A stretch of DNA of 58,993 nt from the IMG/VR virus record IMGVR_UViG_3300025276_000003, positions 1 to 58,993 of that record; one strand, given 5' to 3'. A program made the position numbers and the translations under genes. Shown piece by piece: positions 1 through 8,581 of this stretch (positions are counted from its first letter, which is position 1; every line of letters starts with the position of its first letter). Source of the stretch: a virus. Its lineage: Duplodnaviria; Caudoviricetes. The notes below the pieces were generated by a model. It saw nothing but the letters and a program-made list of their open reading frames with translations. It was not told the origin of the DNA and made no database searches.

Positions 1-626
1 GTGTCAGGGTTGTGTCCAATATTGTAGATGTCGGCGCAACGGCTTGGTCCCTCTTCACTAACTCCACAGACGTAAAGTTAGGCAACAACTTTAACCAAGA
101 CGGTGGTGACTTCCTTTCGTTCTATGATCCAACTGGATCGTTAGTCGTAGATACGACAGAAGGTAATAGAGAGATATTGCTTGACAACACAGACACTGTT
201 CTTTCATCTAATGAAACAATAGCAAAGATATCTTCAAAGCAGAACGACAACAGCACAGGCGCAGTATACAGCTCAATTCGTTTTGTGGCTGAAGGATCAA
301 GCGGCAATACAGCCTTAGCATTTCACACGGGCAGTGCAGGCACACCTGATACAGAAAAGGCGAGAATTAGCAACAGCGGAAGGTTTATACCCGGTGCGGA
401 TAACACTTACCCTTTAGGGTGGACAACAAGCCGATGGTCTTCAGCTTTTGTTGAGACACTTAGACCCGGAGTTGGTACATCTTTGTGGACTTCAGGTGCA
501 GGTACACCGGAGGGTTCAAAGACAGCACCCGTAGGGAGTATGTACACGGACACATCTGGTGGAGCAGGTACTACTTTATATATTAAAGAATCTGGCACCA
601 GTAATACAGGATGGGTAGCTAAATGA
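1..626 (+). CDS. 3' part of tailspike 1 (full copy at 54204..56051)
   Basis: Translation matches the C-terminal ~204 aa of 54204..56051. Confidence 0.9.
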   Translation, partial: VRVVSNIVDVGATAWSLFTNSTDVKLGNNFNQDGGDFLSFYDPTGSLVVDTTEGNREILLDNTDTVLSSNETIAKISSKQNDNSTGAVYSSIRFVAEGSSGNTALAFHTGSAGTPDTEKARISNSGRFIPGADNTYPLGWTTSRWSSAFVETLRPGVGTSLWTSGAGTPEGSKTAPVGSMYTDTSGGAGTTLYIKESGTSNTGWVAK

Positions 627-2611
627 TATTTGAAACAGTAGGACAATTAAAACTTTCTAAACTTAACATTGGTCAGATCACCAGCACCAAAGGTTACTAC
701 GTAGCTGGTGATGGTGGTGGGGCAAACTACCTAGTGGCAGCTACTCAAGCTGTAGACGGATATGGAGATCATGCGTTAGCTGGCGGGACTGTAGCTTTAT
801 TACAGGCTAAAGGTAGCGTAGATATTCGTAAGTACGGGGCTGTCGGGAATGGGTCTACAGATGATTCAGTGGCTGCACAAGCTGCTCTTGATTCAGGTAA
901 TCCTATCTTAGTGGGAGGTGGTCAGACATATAAGATCAACACTACACTCACAATGTCTTCTGACACAACCCTACAGGATTGTTTATTTGATTACAGTGCT
1001 GGGACTACCTCAACACCTTGTATTACTTCGGTAGGGACGTTAGCAAGCTCACTAGCATTGACAGGTTCAGTTGTTGCAGGAGCAGCTACCTTGACTGTAG
1101 CCAACAGCTCCTCATTGGCCGAGAATGATTGGATACTTGTTAGCTCTACAGCAGTCTATGACGCATCCTCTACTAGCCAAGCTGTTGGGGAGATTATTCA
1201 AGTCCAAAGTGCAGTAGCTGGTACGGTCACATTTCGTGGCCCCTTAATGGGATCTTACGCCACAGGGGATACAGCAATACTTAATAAGGTGTCTTTTGTA
1301 GAGAACATAACACTACGTAACGTCACTATTACTGGAAGCCAAGTAGACTCAAACGATCTTGTAGGACTAAAGTCATTCTACTCAAACAACGTACTTGTAG
1401 ATGGATGCAGCTTCTTAGATCTAACAAGAGCAGGTATTCAACTAGTCAGCTGTATTAACAGTAAGTGTACTAGCAGTTTGTTTGAAAGCTCAGTACAGCC
1501 AAACACTACGGGGTATGGGTTCTCTGTTGCAGATGCCACGCAGGACACTCGTTGCGAGAACAGTACGTTTAACTATGTACGGCACAGTTGGTCTACTAAC
1601 AACCTTTCAGGTTATCCGGGTATTCCTCGTCGTTGTATTTTTGATGGCAACACTATTACAAACTCTTCTTACGCTTTAGGTGGTTCAATGGGAGGGGGAG
1701 ATGCTATTGACACCCATAGTGCTGCCGAAGATATACATATCCTTAACAACACTTGCTACGGCTCTTCAGGACAAGGCATTAACTTTGAGTGCCGATCAGG
1801 TTCTGTTATCAACAATGCCGTTTACGATTCTCTTGATAATGGTATTGCCTACCATAACGAGTCAGACTATGACGGACAGATAATCATTTCCGGTAACACA
1901 GTTGAGGGATGCGGCGGTAAGGGAATAGCTGTGTATCAGGGAAGCAGAGGTACTGTAGCTAAAGCGACCGCTGTTGTAGTAAGTAACAACGTCATCAGGA
2001 ATAGTGCAGAGGAGGGTATAAGCTTCTTGAAAAATACAGTAAGCGGCCATTGCCGCAATGTTGTAATTACGGGTAACACGATAGAAGATTCCCTGCTGCA
2101 AGGTATAGAGGTGTCAGACGTTATTGGTGGCACAGTCTCAGATAATAGTATCTCAGGTTGTGTAGGGCAGGGGACAGACATTCGGCGCTCAGAATCTATT
2201 GTAGTTTCTGGTAATCAGATCACAGCACCATCCGGTAGCTTGGCTGCTATGTACTTTCTCGATTGCACAGGGCTCTCTGTAACAGGCAATAATCTGTACA
2301 TTCCTTTAGGTACTCGAAGGGGTGCGGAACTTCGTGGGGATTGCGCTAAGTACTCTTTTACGGGCAACACAATCCGATCTGACTCTGCGGGCATTATTAT
2401 GTACATAGATTCAACTACAGTCGGGCTGGATACCGGAGGGGTAGTCAGCGGTAATACGTTTGCTCCTGTAGGCGCATCTACCACAGAGAGAGGGCTTCAG
2501 ATTTCCAACGATGTTCACTACATCCTTGTTACTTCCAACACAGCTAGAGGTACTGGCGGTTTCTCGTTAGGCGCAGGCACAGGTAACGTAGCCGCAAACA
2601 ACATGTCATAA
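623..2611 (+). CDS. Tailspike 2, right-handed beta-helix (pectin-lyase-like) depolymerase
   Basis: Shared N-terminal module MIFETV..KGYY..GDGGGA.Y; YGAVGNGSTDD motif typical of the start of tailspike beta-helices; many (V/I)xxN(T/V)(I/V) rungs. Confidence 0.85.
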   Translation: MIFETVGQLKLSKLNIGQITSTKGYYVAGDGGGANYLVAATQAVDGYGDHALAGGTVALLQAKGSVDIRKYGAVGNGSTDDSVAAQAALDSGNPILVGGGQTYKINTTLTMSSDTTLQDCLFDYSAGTTSTPCITSVGTLASSLALTGSVVAGAATLTVANSSSLAENDWILVSSTAVYDASSTSQAVGEIIQVQSAVAGTVTFRGPLMGSYATGDTAILNKVSFVENITLRNVTITGSQVDSNDLVGLKSFYSNNVLVDGCSFLDLTRAGIQLVSCINSKCTSSLFESSVQPNTTGYGFSVADATQDTRCENSTFNYVRHSWSTNNLSGYPGIPRRCIFDGNTITNSSYALGGSMGGGDAIDTHSAAEDIHILNNTCYGSSGQGINFECRSGSVINNAVYDSLDNGIAYHNESDYDGQIIISGNTVEGCGGKGIAVYQGSRGTVAKATAVVVSNNVIRNSAEEGISFLKNTVSGHCRNVVITGNTIEDSLLQGIEVSDVIGGTVSDNSISGCVGQGTDIRRSESIVVSGNQITAPSGSLAAMYFLDCTGLSVTGNNLYIPLGTRRGAELRGDCAKYSFTGNTIRSDSAGIIMYIDSTTVGLDTGGVVSGNTFAPVGASTTERGLQISNDVHYILVTSNTARGTGGFSLGAGTGNVAANNMS

Positions 2612-2622
2612 AGGAATCAAAA

Positions 2623-4158
2623 ATGTTATTTGAAACAGTAGCACAATTAAAACTTGCTACACTTACCGCAGGGCAGCTAGTATCCACTAAAGGGTACTAC
2701 GCTTCCGGTGACGGAGGTGCAGCAGATTACATAGTGGCAGCTACTCAAGCTGTAGACGGATATGGAGACCATGCGTTAGCGGGCAGTACAGTCGCTTTAT
2801 TACAGGAGGGATCTTTGGCAGACGTTAAACAGTACGGTGCTAAAGGTGATGGAACAGCAGATGACCTACCTTCCCTTCTAGCTGCTTGTGCTGTAGGTAA
2901 AGCACTGTACTTTGGCGGTGTAGCAAACAACTACCGTATCACGGATTCCATTGCAGTCACGCTAACAGCAGACTTGCACTGGGTAGCAGATGGGGCAACC
3001 ATAACAGTAGACTCAGGCGCATCAATACGGCGGGCTGTAGATGTAACGGGTGCTGGCTTTGATGTAAACATCCAAGGTAAGCTAACAATTGATTGTGACA
3101 GGAAAGCATTTACTGGTGTATACATCTACAACAACACTTCCTTTGCCGATGTAAATATCAGCCAACTCTATGTAAGAGATTGCTTCAGAGCCTCCACAAC
3201 CTTTTCAGGAGGAGATGGTATTTGGGTTAGGGGTGCTTGGGATAAAGTGGCGTTAATTGATGTAGATATACGTAACGTCACTATGGCAACAGGGGCAGGG
3301 GTATTTGGTTCGCAAGGTGTTTCTGGTATTACCGTATCGTCAGCTGGAATAGGTCTTGCGCCGCAGCGAGTAAACATTACACGAGTACATATTGATGGAG
3401 TGTATTCAGAAGATGCTACATACCAAGCTGACCAAGATGGCATCCGAATCTTCACCGAGGAAGATATAGTAGGGGATCCAAAGTTATTTGAAGGGAGCTT
3501 CCTTATTAGTGGTGGTGCCATTAACAATTGCGGTGGTAGAAGCATTAAGTCACAGATGGAACACGGTGTCATTGACGGGGTTAAGTTCTCGCGCAATTCT
3601 GTAGAAGTACCGGAGATTGTAGGTGATCGCGGTTACCCAGATATTGACTTTCAAGTAGGCGGTGGTATCGCTACAAATACAGAGTATCGGTATCTTAGTT
3701 CTGTACCTACACAGGTTGTACAGTTTAACGGTACACGACAGGCAGGTAAGTACGCTCACGGTGGAAGAGTTAATAACGCCAATGTTTCAGTAAGTGGTTC
3801 AGGTAACCTGACTCGCTTTTGTGCTGTTTCAGTGTATGAGCAAGATCCCATGTCTGTGTCTATAGCCAATGTAGAGATTACAGGATCAGACTCTTTAACC
3901 TACTTTGTTACTTGCTCTTTAAGCACAGTTGTTACAGGTGTTGAGTGCTACATTAACATAGAAAATGTACAAACAGCTATTAGTAACGCAAATACGTCCG
4001 CTTTTGTGTGGAGACTTGGAGCGGGTGATCTTGAGGTACACACAAGCGGTAGGAATCTTGTTAAGACCACAGGGTCAGCAACAGCTAACTTCTCTGGTTC
4101 TACAACAGCAGGTAACTTTACATCAGTCCTTGAGGGTAATAACGTCAGGGTGGCATAA
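2623..4158 (+). CDS. Tailspike 3, beta-helix receptor-binding protein
   Basis: Same N-terminal module, VKQYGAKGDGTADD motif, beta-rich body. Confidence 0.8.
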   Translation: MLFETVAQLKLATLTAGQLVSTKGYYASGDGGAADYIVAATQAVDGYGDHALAGSTVALLQEGSLADVKQYGAKGDGTADDLPSLLAACAVGKALYFGGVANNYRITDSIAVTLTADLHWVADGATITVDSGASIRRAVDVTGAGFDVNIQGKLTIDCDRKAFTGVYIYNNTSFADVNISQLYVRDCFRASTTFSGGDGIWVRGAWDKVALIDVDIRNVTMATGAGVFGSQGVSGITVSSAGIGLAPQRVNITRVHIDGVYSEDATYQADQDGIRIFTEEDIVGDPKLFEGSFLISGGAINNCGGRSIKSQMEHGVIDGVKFSRNSVEVPEIVGDRGYPDIDFQVGGGIATNTEYRYLSSVPTQVVQFNGTRQAGKYAHGGRVNNANVSVSGSGNLTRFCAVSVYEQDPMSVSIANVEITGSDSLTYFVTCSLSTVVTGVECYINIENVQTAISNANTSAFVWRLGAGDLEVHTSGRNLVKTTGSATANFSGSTTAGNFTSVLEGNNVRVA

Positions 4159-4220
4159 GGAATAACAATGTTTAAAGACAGGCTAGCTTACATAGTAGTT
4201 TAACTAACACAGGAGATAGC

Positions 4221-4844
4221 ATGGCTATTAACTTTCCAAACAGTCCAGTGGGCGGCACTACTTACTCTTATTTGGGTGTAACTTACACCTACAAGAATAC
4301 TGGTAGTGGCACAGGCTTCTGGCAAATAACTGGTCCGGGAACTTACGGACTGGCAACAACAGCAGAGATAGATACAGGTACTGACGAGCTAAAGTATGTT
4401 AGTCCTGCTGGCTTAGAAGGCTCTAAGTATCAGACTCAAGCTGAAGTACAGGCAGCTATACTTGCGACAACTACTCTCTACTTTGGTGGATCTCAGAAGC
4501 TAGCAGTAACTACTAGTGGTTTAAGTGTCACTGGTGCTATTATAGCATCTGGCAACATAACTGCTTACTCTGATGAGAGACTTAAGAAGGACATCGAGCT
4601 AATACCTGATGCACTTAGTAAAGTATCTCAGCTAAGAGGAGTTACATTCACTGACATAGCTACCGAAGAAGAACGTACTGGTCTAATTGCTCAAGACTTG
4701 CAGAAGGTATTACCTGAAGCTGTCATGGTGCACGAAGGTCAGGAACACTTGTCCGTAGCTTATGGCAACACAGTAGGATTACTCGTTGAAGCTATCAAGG
4801 AATTGACAGCCAAGGTTGAGGCTCTAGAAGGAGGTGTCAAATGA
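4221..4844 (+). CDS. Short tail-fibre protein with C-terminal peptidase S74 intramolecular chaperone
   Basis: YSDERLKKDI, GLIAQDLQKVLPEAV and terminal coiled coil LLVEAIKELTAKVEALE are S74 signatures; AGGAG RBS. Confidence 0.85.
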   Translation: MAINFPNSPVGGTTYSYLGVTYTYKNTGSGTGFWQITGPGTYGLATTAEIDTGTDELKYVSPAGLEGSKYQTQAEVQAAILATTTLYFGGSQKLAVTTSGLSVTGAIIASGNITAYSDERLKKDIELIPDALSKVSQLRGVTFTDIATEEERTGLIAQDLQKVLPEAVMVHEGQEHLSVAYGNTVGLLVEAIKELTAKVEALEGGVK

Positions 4845-5428
4845 CACTTCCAACTACTGGGCCAATTAGCTTTAGCATGGTCAATGTGGAGCTAGACAAG
4901 GCAGCCACTGCTAGTGGTACTTTCAATGATGCAGACTTTAGGGGGCTAGCTGGCATACCAACTGGTGCTATATCTATGTCTGACCAGTATGGCAAGTCTA
5001 GTGCAATCGTTGGTGGCAATGACTACACTAGCTCTACTGAGAATCTTGCAGGAGGCTCTACAAGTGCCTATTTAAGGTTTGATGAAGATGGCAAAGTATG
5101 GTCTTCACCAGTATTCTCTGGAGCATCAGACTATGCACAACTAGACTGGATTGATCCAGCATCTGTTAACATAGGAGATGACTACGAGATAAAGTACAGC
5201 AGCTTGATAGACAACACAGGCTCAAATGGCTCCTACTCAGGATTCAGCACAGTCTGGCAAAGCCTTAGTTCGGCAAGCTATCCTACAGTAACTTGCAATC
5301 CAGAAGTTGTTGCAAGTATAACTTATGACTTTTCTATACGCAAAGTTGGGACCACAACTGTACTGTCTACTGACACAGCTCTTGTAAGGGCATCCTCCCT
5401 TGACACTGGAGGAGATGTAGGACCTTAG
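4841..5428 (+). CDS. Putative fibre-tip/adhesin protein
   Basis: N-terminal MTLPTTGPISFSMVNVEL..ISMSDQYGKS motif typical of small adhesins encoded after S74-bearing fibres; overlaps the upstream stop. Confidence 0.55.
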   Translation: MTLPTTGPISFSMVNVELDKAATASGTFNDADFRGLAGIPTGAISMSDQYGKSSAIVGGNDYTSSTENLAGGSTSAYLRFDEDGKVWSSPVFSGASDYAQLDWIDPASVNIGDDYEIKYSSLIDNTGSNGSYSGFSTVWQSLSSASYPTVTCNPEVVASITYDFSIRKVGTTTVLSTDTALVRASSLDTGGDVGP

Positions 5429-5434
5429 TAAACT

Positions 5435-5503
5435 TGCTCAATTCTTAGCCGGATTGAGCACTTATTTTAGCTTTTTAGAGGGTTTAGAGGGCTAAAATAA
5501 GTG
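5435..5503 (+). other. Two overlapping hairpins ending the late operon (possible terminator/processing site near the presumed physical genome end)
   Basis: TGCTCAAT/ATTGAGCA (5435..5460); perfect 13-bp CACTTATTTTAGC/GCTAAAATAAGTG (5459..5503), extendable by G:U pairs. Confidence 0.6.
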
Positions 5504-5755
5504 ATATAGACTCAACAGAATGATCAAAATATGTACAAGAACACTACCCTAAAGGCAAGTAGCTGGTTCGGATTTGACCCAAAATGGTGCAATCTGGCCA
5601 CTGAGTAAGGCAAAATAATAAAAAATTTTATATATATTTGAGATATTGACATCTCCTCGCAGTGCCGTGTGTATATATATGTAAAGGAGTCTCTTCTTCT
5701 AAACGTATTTACGTGTACATATATACAAACTAAACTAAGCTAAATGGAGTATGAC

Positions 5756-6088
5756 ATGAGAACAATCAAACTTTACCATGGCACAAATGCAAGCAACTTA
5801 CTCAGCGTTATGGACTATCCGAAGGCAAGCAAGTCAATCAATGGCTTAGGCTTTTACTTGTCAACTGAGTATGATACAGCTAAGCAATACGGCAGAGATG
5901 TCATTTGTTACGTTATCTCAGTTGTAGAGTTTGACAAGCTTAGTTCAATAGTTCGTCCAATTGATCAAAGTTACATTGAGGGGATTAGGACATACGAGCA
6001 GTGCTTGGTATGTGGTGTTGAGGTAGTACTTACCCAGCACAGTGCAGACCAGCTGGCTATCAACTCAGAAGAGGTGTATGCTATATGA
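5756..6088 (+). CDS. Putative ADP-ribosyltransferase-fold protein (H-Y-E/PARP-like, DUF3990-like)
   Basis: LYHGT, GLGFYLST, AKQYG and a later E in GVEVVL; start set at ATG 5756 after GGAG. Confidence 0.6.
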   Translation: MRTIKLYHGTNASNLLSVMDYPKASKSINGLGFYLSTEYDTAKQYGRDVICYVISVVEFDKLSSIVRPIDQSYIEGIRTYEQCLVCGVEVVLTQHSADQLAINSEEVYAI

Positions 6089-8277
6089 TCAGTACTAGCT
6101 TAACTGTAGAGAGTAACACTAACTTAACTAAAGAGAGTAACACTATGAGCAACTTAACTGTAGAACAAGCACTAGTAATTGAATTCGCACGTTTGAACTT
6201 AACTAAAGAGAATACTACTATGACAATCAATGAAATCATGCAGACTATCAACTCTATCAGCTACAACGAGCAAGCAGTAGCATCACGTATTGCATCTGAC
6301 CTGTACATCAACACTGACCTAGACCTTAGTGTACAGCAGTGCTTGCTAGTAGCTACAGCATTCACCGAGAACTTGGAGAGTGTTGATGACATGGAGCACT
6401 TCATGATCCTACTCAACAGCTCATTCCAGTCACTTGACCTGACTATTATGCAGGATGGCAAGCCTGTTGCACACGCTGATGTACTTGACCGTGATGCTGA
6501 CTTCATGTCTGCACTAGTCATTGCTGACCTAGTCACTGAGGCTGGTGAGTTGGGTGACAAGCTGGGTGAGATACTGTCACTTCAGAAGACTTCATACGCT
6601 CCTGTAGCACCTGGCAGCATTGACAGACGTAAGAACTACTCACCTGTCAAGCAGAGTGCATACTTCGAGAAAGCAGTACATGTTCTTGAGTCTACTGAGT
6701 TCACAGTTGACACTATGATGATGGACATAGCTCACCAAGTAATTGGCAAGGCTAAGTACATCAACAGTGTTGAGCTTAACATGCTAGTCAATGATGACTC
6801 ATACGTGCTAGATGGCTGTGCTAAGTTAGGTGATCGTGTGTCAGTTAGTGAGTTCCATGGTGATCGTCGTGGTCGTTTGTACCAAGCTGCATGTCATGGG
6901 CCAAATGGTCAGTCATCTGATCGTTCACGCGCACTCATGAACTTAGCTGGTGTACATTACACTGAAGCTCAGATCCCTGAGATCAAAGAAGCTATCAAGG
7001 CTGAGATGCTTGACATGATATCAATCTCTGACACAGCTGACAACAACAAGCAGATAGTTGGCTTGATCAAAGCAGCAGCAGCTAACCCTGTTGACTTCAT
7101 CATAGCTGTTATGCAGTCTGACTTAGCTGGTGAGAAATCAGAGGTTAAGAAGCCTTGGTCATTCGTTAAGGCAGCCATGATCTGGGTTGACTTGGCTCGT
7201 GGTAACATGCCTTACATTGGCATGGCTGTTGGACTTGATGCTAAGTGTTCAGGACCACAGCTAGCTGCACTTATGGTTGGTGATACTAACATGGCTGTAG
7301 CAACTGGGTTCAACTTGACAGGTGAGGACAACAACAAGGATGCATACGAGCTAGCTATCGTTGAGCTTGACAAGCATCGTGAGTTCTCAGGTCTTACCAG
7401 AGCTGACATCAAGACAGCATTCATGGCTATCTTCTATGGTCAAGGTTGGGGAGCATTCACTCAGTACAATGCTGACATGAATAAGAACTTGGCCTCAATG
7501 CTTAACTTGTCTAATCCTGGAGATGCTATTGAGGATGATGTAGCTAAGAAGTTCCACAAGGTAGTATGCTCTAGCTTTGGCAAGAAGATGAATACTCTGC
7601 GTGATAACATGAAGGGATACATGGGTAAAGTATCTGGCAAGGTCAAGCACTTCATGCCTGATGGCTTCGAGGTTGCTATGAACTACAAAGTCAAGTTCAA
7701 TGCTCTTGATCAAGCTATGGAGTATGGTGTAGAAGAGACTGATGCACAAGTTGGTCACCTCAAGTTCATCAACGTCAAGCTTAACTCACACGTTGTTGAC
7801 AGTGATACATTCGCTCGCAATGGCTTCGTTAACATGATTCAAGCAACTGATGCACAGCTGGCTAGACTGATCATAGTCAACTTAAATGAGTTAGGTGCTC
7901 AGCATGTCATAGCTGTACATGACTGTTTCCGAGTCAATGTTACTGAGATGCCATTGCTTAAAGAAGCTATCAAGCTTGCATACACTCAGCTGTTCGGTGC
8001 ATCACGTAATAAGATCACCCCCGATCTTGTTAAAGGCACTGACATCTTAGGTATGTACTTCGATGGCATCAATAAGAATGTTGATCAGATGATCATCAAG
8101 CAGCAGGATGTAGACTTCAGCCAGACTGAGGAAGTGCCAGTAGCTGAGTCTAACAAGCGTACAGTATCACAGTTCACAGTTGGTGACGTGCAAGTACGTA
8201 AGCTGTCTAAGATCAAGGGTGTTAAGTTCACTGACATCGTAGACCAGCTTGGTGTTAGCTACTACTTCGCTAAGTAG
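6085..8277 (+). CDS. Single-subunit T7-type RNA polymerase 1 (early); true start may be 6145 or 6220
   Basis: DRRGRLY, motif A GLDAKCSGPQ, motif B RADIKTAFMAIFYG, FMPDGF, NMIQATDA, motif C VHDCF, C-terminus YYFAK. Confidence 0.9.
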   Translation: MISTSLTVESNTNLTKESNTMSNLTVEQALVIEFARLNLTKENTTMTINEIMQTINSISYNEQAVASRIASDLYINTDLDLSVQQCLLVATAFTENLESVDDMEHFMILLNSSFQSLDLTIMQDGKPVAHADVLDRDADFMSALVIADLVTEAGELGDKLGEILSLQKTSYAPVAPGSIDRRKNYSPVKQSAYFEKAVHVLESTEFTVDTMMMDIAHQVIGKAKYINSVELNMLVNDDSYVLDGCAKLGDRVSVSEFHGDRRGRLYQAACHGPNGQSSDRSRALMNLAGVHYTEAQIPEIKEAIKAEMLDMISISDTADNNKQIVGLIKAAAANPVDFIIAVMQSDLAGEKSEVKKPWSFVKAAMIWVDLARGNMPYIGMAVGLDAKCSGPQLAALMVGDTNMAVATGFNLTGEDNNKDAYELAIVELDKHREFSGLTRADIKTAFMAIFYGQGWGAFTQYNADMNKNLASMLNLSNPGDAIEDDVAKKFHKVVCSSFGKKMNTLRDNMKGYMGKVSGKVKHFMPDGFEVAMNYKVKFNALDQAMEYGVEETDAQVGHLKFINVKLNSHVVDSDTFARNGFVNMIQATDAQLARLIIVNLNELGAQHVIAVHDCFRVNVTEMPLLKEAIKLAYTQLFGASRNKITPDLVKGTDILGMYFDGINKNVDQMIIKQQDVDFSQTEEVPVAESNKRTVSQFTVGDVQVRKLSKIKGVKFTDIVDQLGVSYYFAK
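6099..6220 (+). repeat. Four imperfect ~23-bp repeats CTTAACT(GT/AA)AGA...ACTA at the RNAP1 5' end
   Basis: Copies at 6099, 6123, 6153 and 6198; two end in in-frame ATGs (6145, 6220) preceded by AGAG. Confidence 0.8.
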
Positions 8278-8431
8278 TTATTATAAGTAAGCTGTCAGTA
8301 TCTTGACAGGCTAGTCATAATAGCTAGAACGGGAGAAGTCTGATGCGTTCCGGTGAGTCTGGGTAGTTCAAGTTCATTAAGGGTAAAGTACAACTCACTA
8401 CGTTCGACGGGCAACACCCACAACGTATCCA

Positions 8432-8581
8432 AACCTTAATAGCTTTCATCTAGGATAGGTATGTTAGTGATGTGATGACGAGATACAACCTTAATGACTT
8501 TCATCTAGGATAGATATGAGAGTACAAAACAACGTGCTGATATGGTGGCATGAACAACCTTAATAGCTTTCATCTAGGTAG
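8432..8581 (+). promoter_or_regulatory. Three 26-27-bp direct repeats AACCTTAAT(AG/GA)CTTTCATCTAGG(A)TAG; candidate phage-RNAP promoters/origin
   Basis: Copies at 8432..8458, 8487..8513 and 8556..8581 with 28- and 42-nt gaps. TAAT...TCA..TAGG layout resembles T7-type promoters; located directly after RNAP1. The repeats are certain, the function is inferred. Confidence 0.6.

Larger units (their letters stand above)
1..3568. repeat. Terminal direct repeat copy 1 (duplicated at 55426..58993); probable circular-assembly overlap, unit genome about 55,425 bp
   Basis: ORFs recur with identical translations at a constant 55,425-bp offset (623..2611 = 56048..58036; 122..307 = 55547..55732). The window ends in ATGGAACACGGTG, matching 3556..3568. 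Confidence 0.95.

Noticed and set aside
623-5428. Diversity-generating retroelement or invertase shufflon acting on the tail fibres
   Set aside because: No reverse transcriptase or recombinase, no adenine-specific TR/VR pair and no inverted cassettes; the shared parts are N-terminal modules.
5646-5680. Canonical sigma70 promoter for the first gene
   Set aside because: TTGACA is perfect, but the best -10-like TATATA is 20 bp away. Not called as a feature, although a host promoter is expected nearby.
8430-8575. Minus-strand micro-ORFs starting ATG AAA GCT/GTC ATT AAG GTT in each repeat
   Set aside because: No Shine-Dalgarno sequence and opposite to all other genes; probably a by-product of the repeat sequence.
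8432-8581. CRISPR mini-array
   Set aside because: Only three repeats, gaps of unequal length (28 and 42 nt), no clear palindromic stem or GAAA(C/G) end, and no cas genes. A promoter/origin reading fits better.
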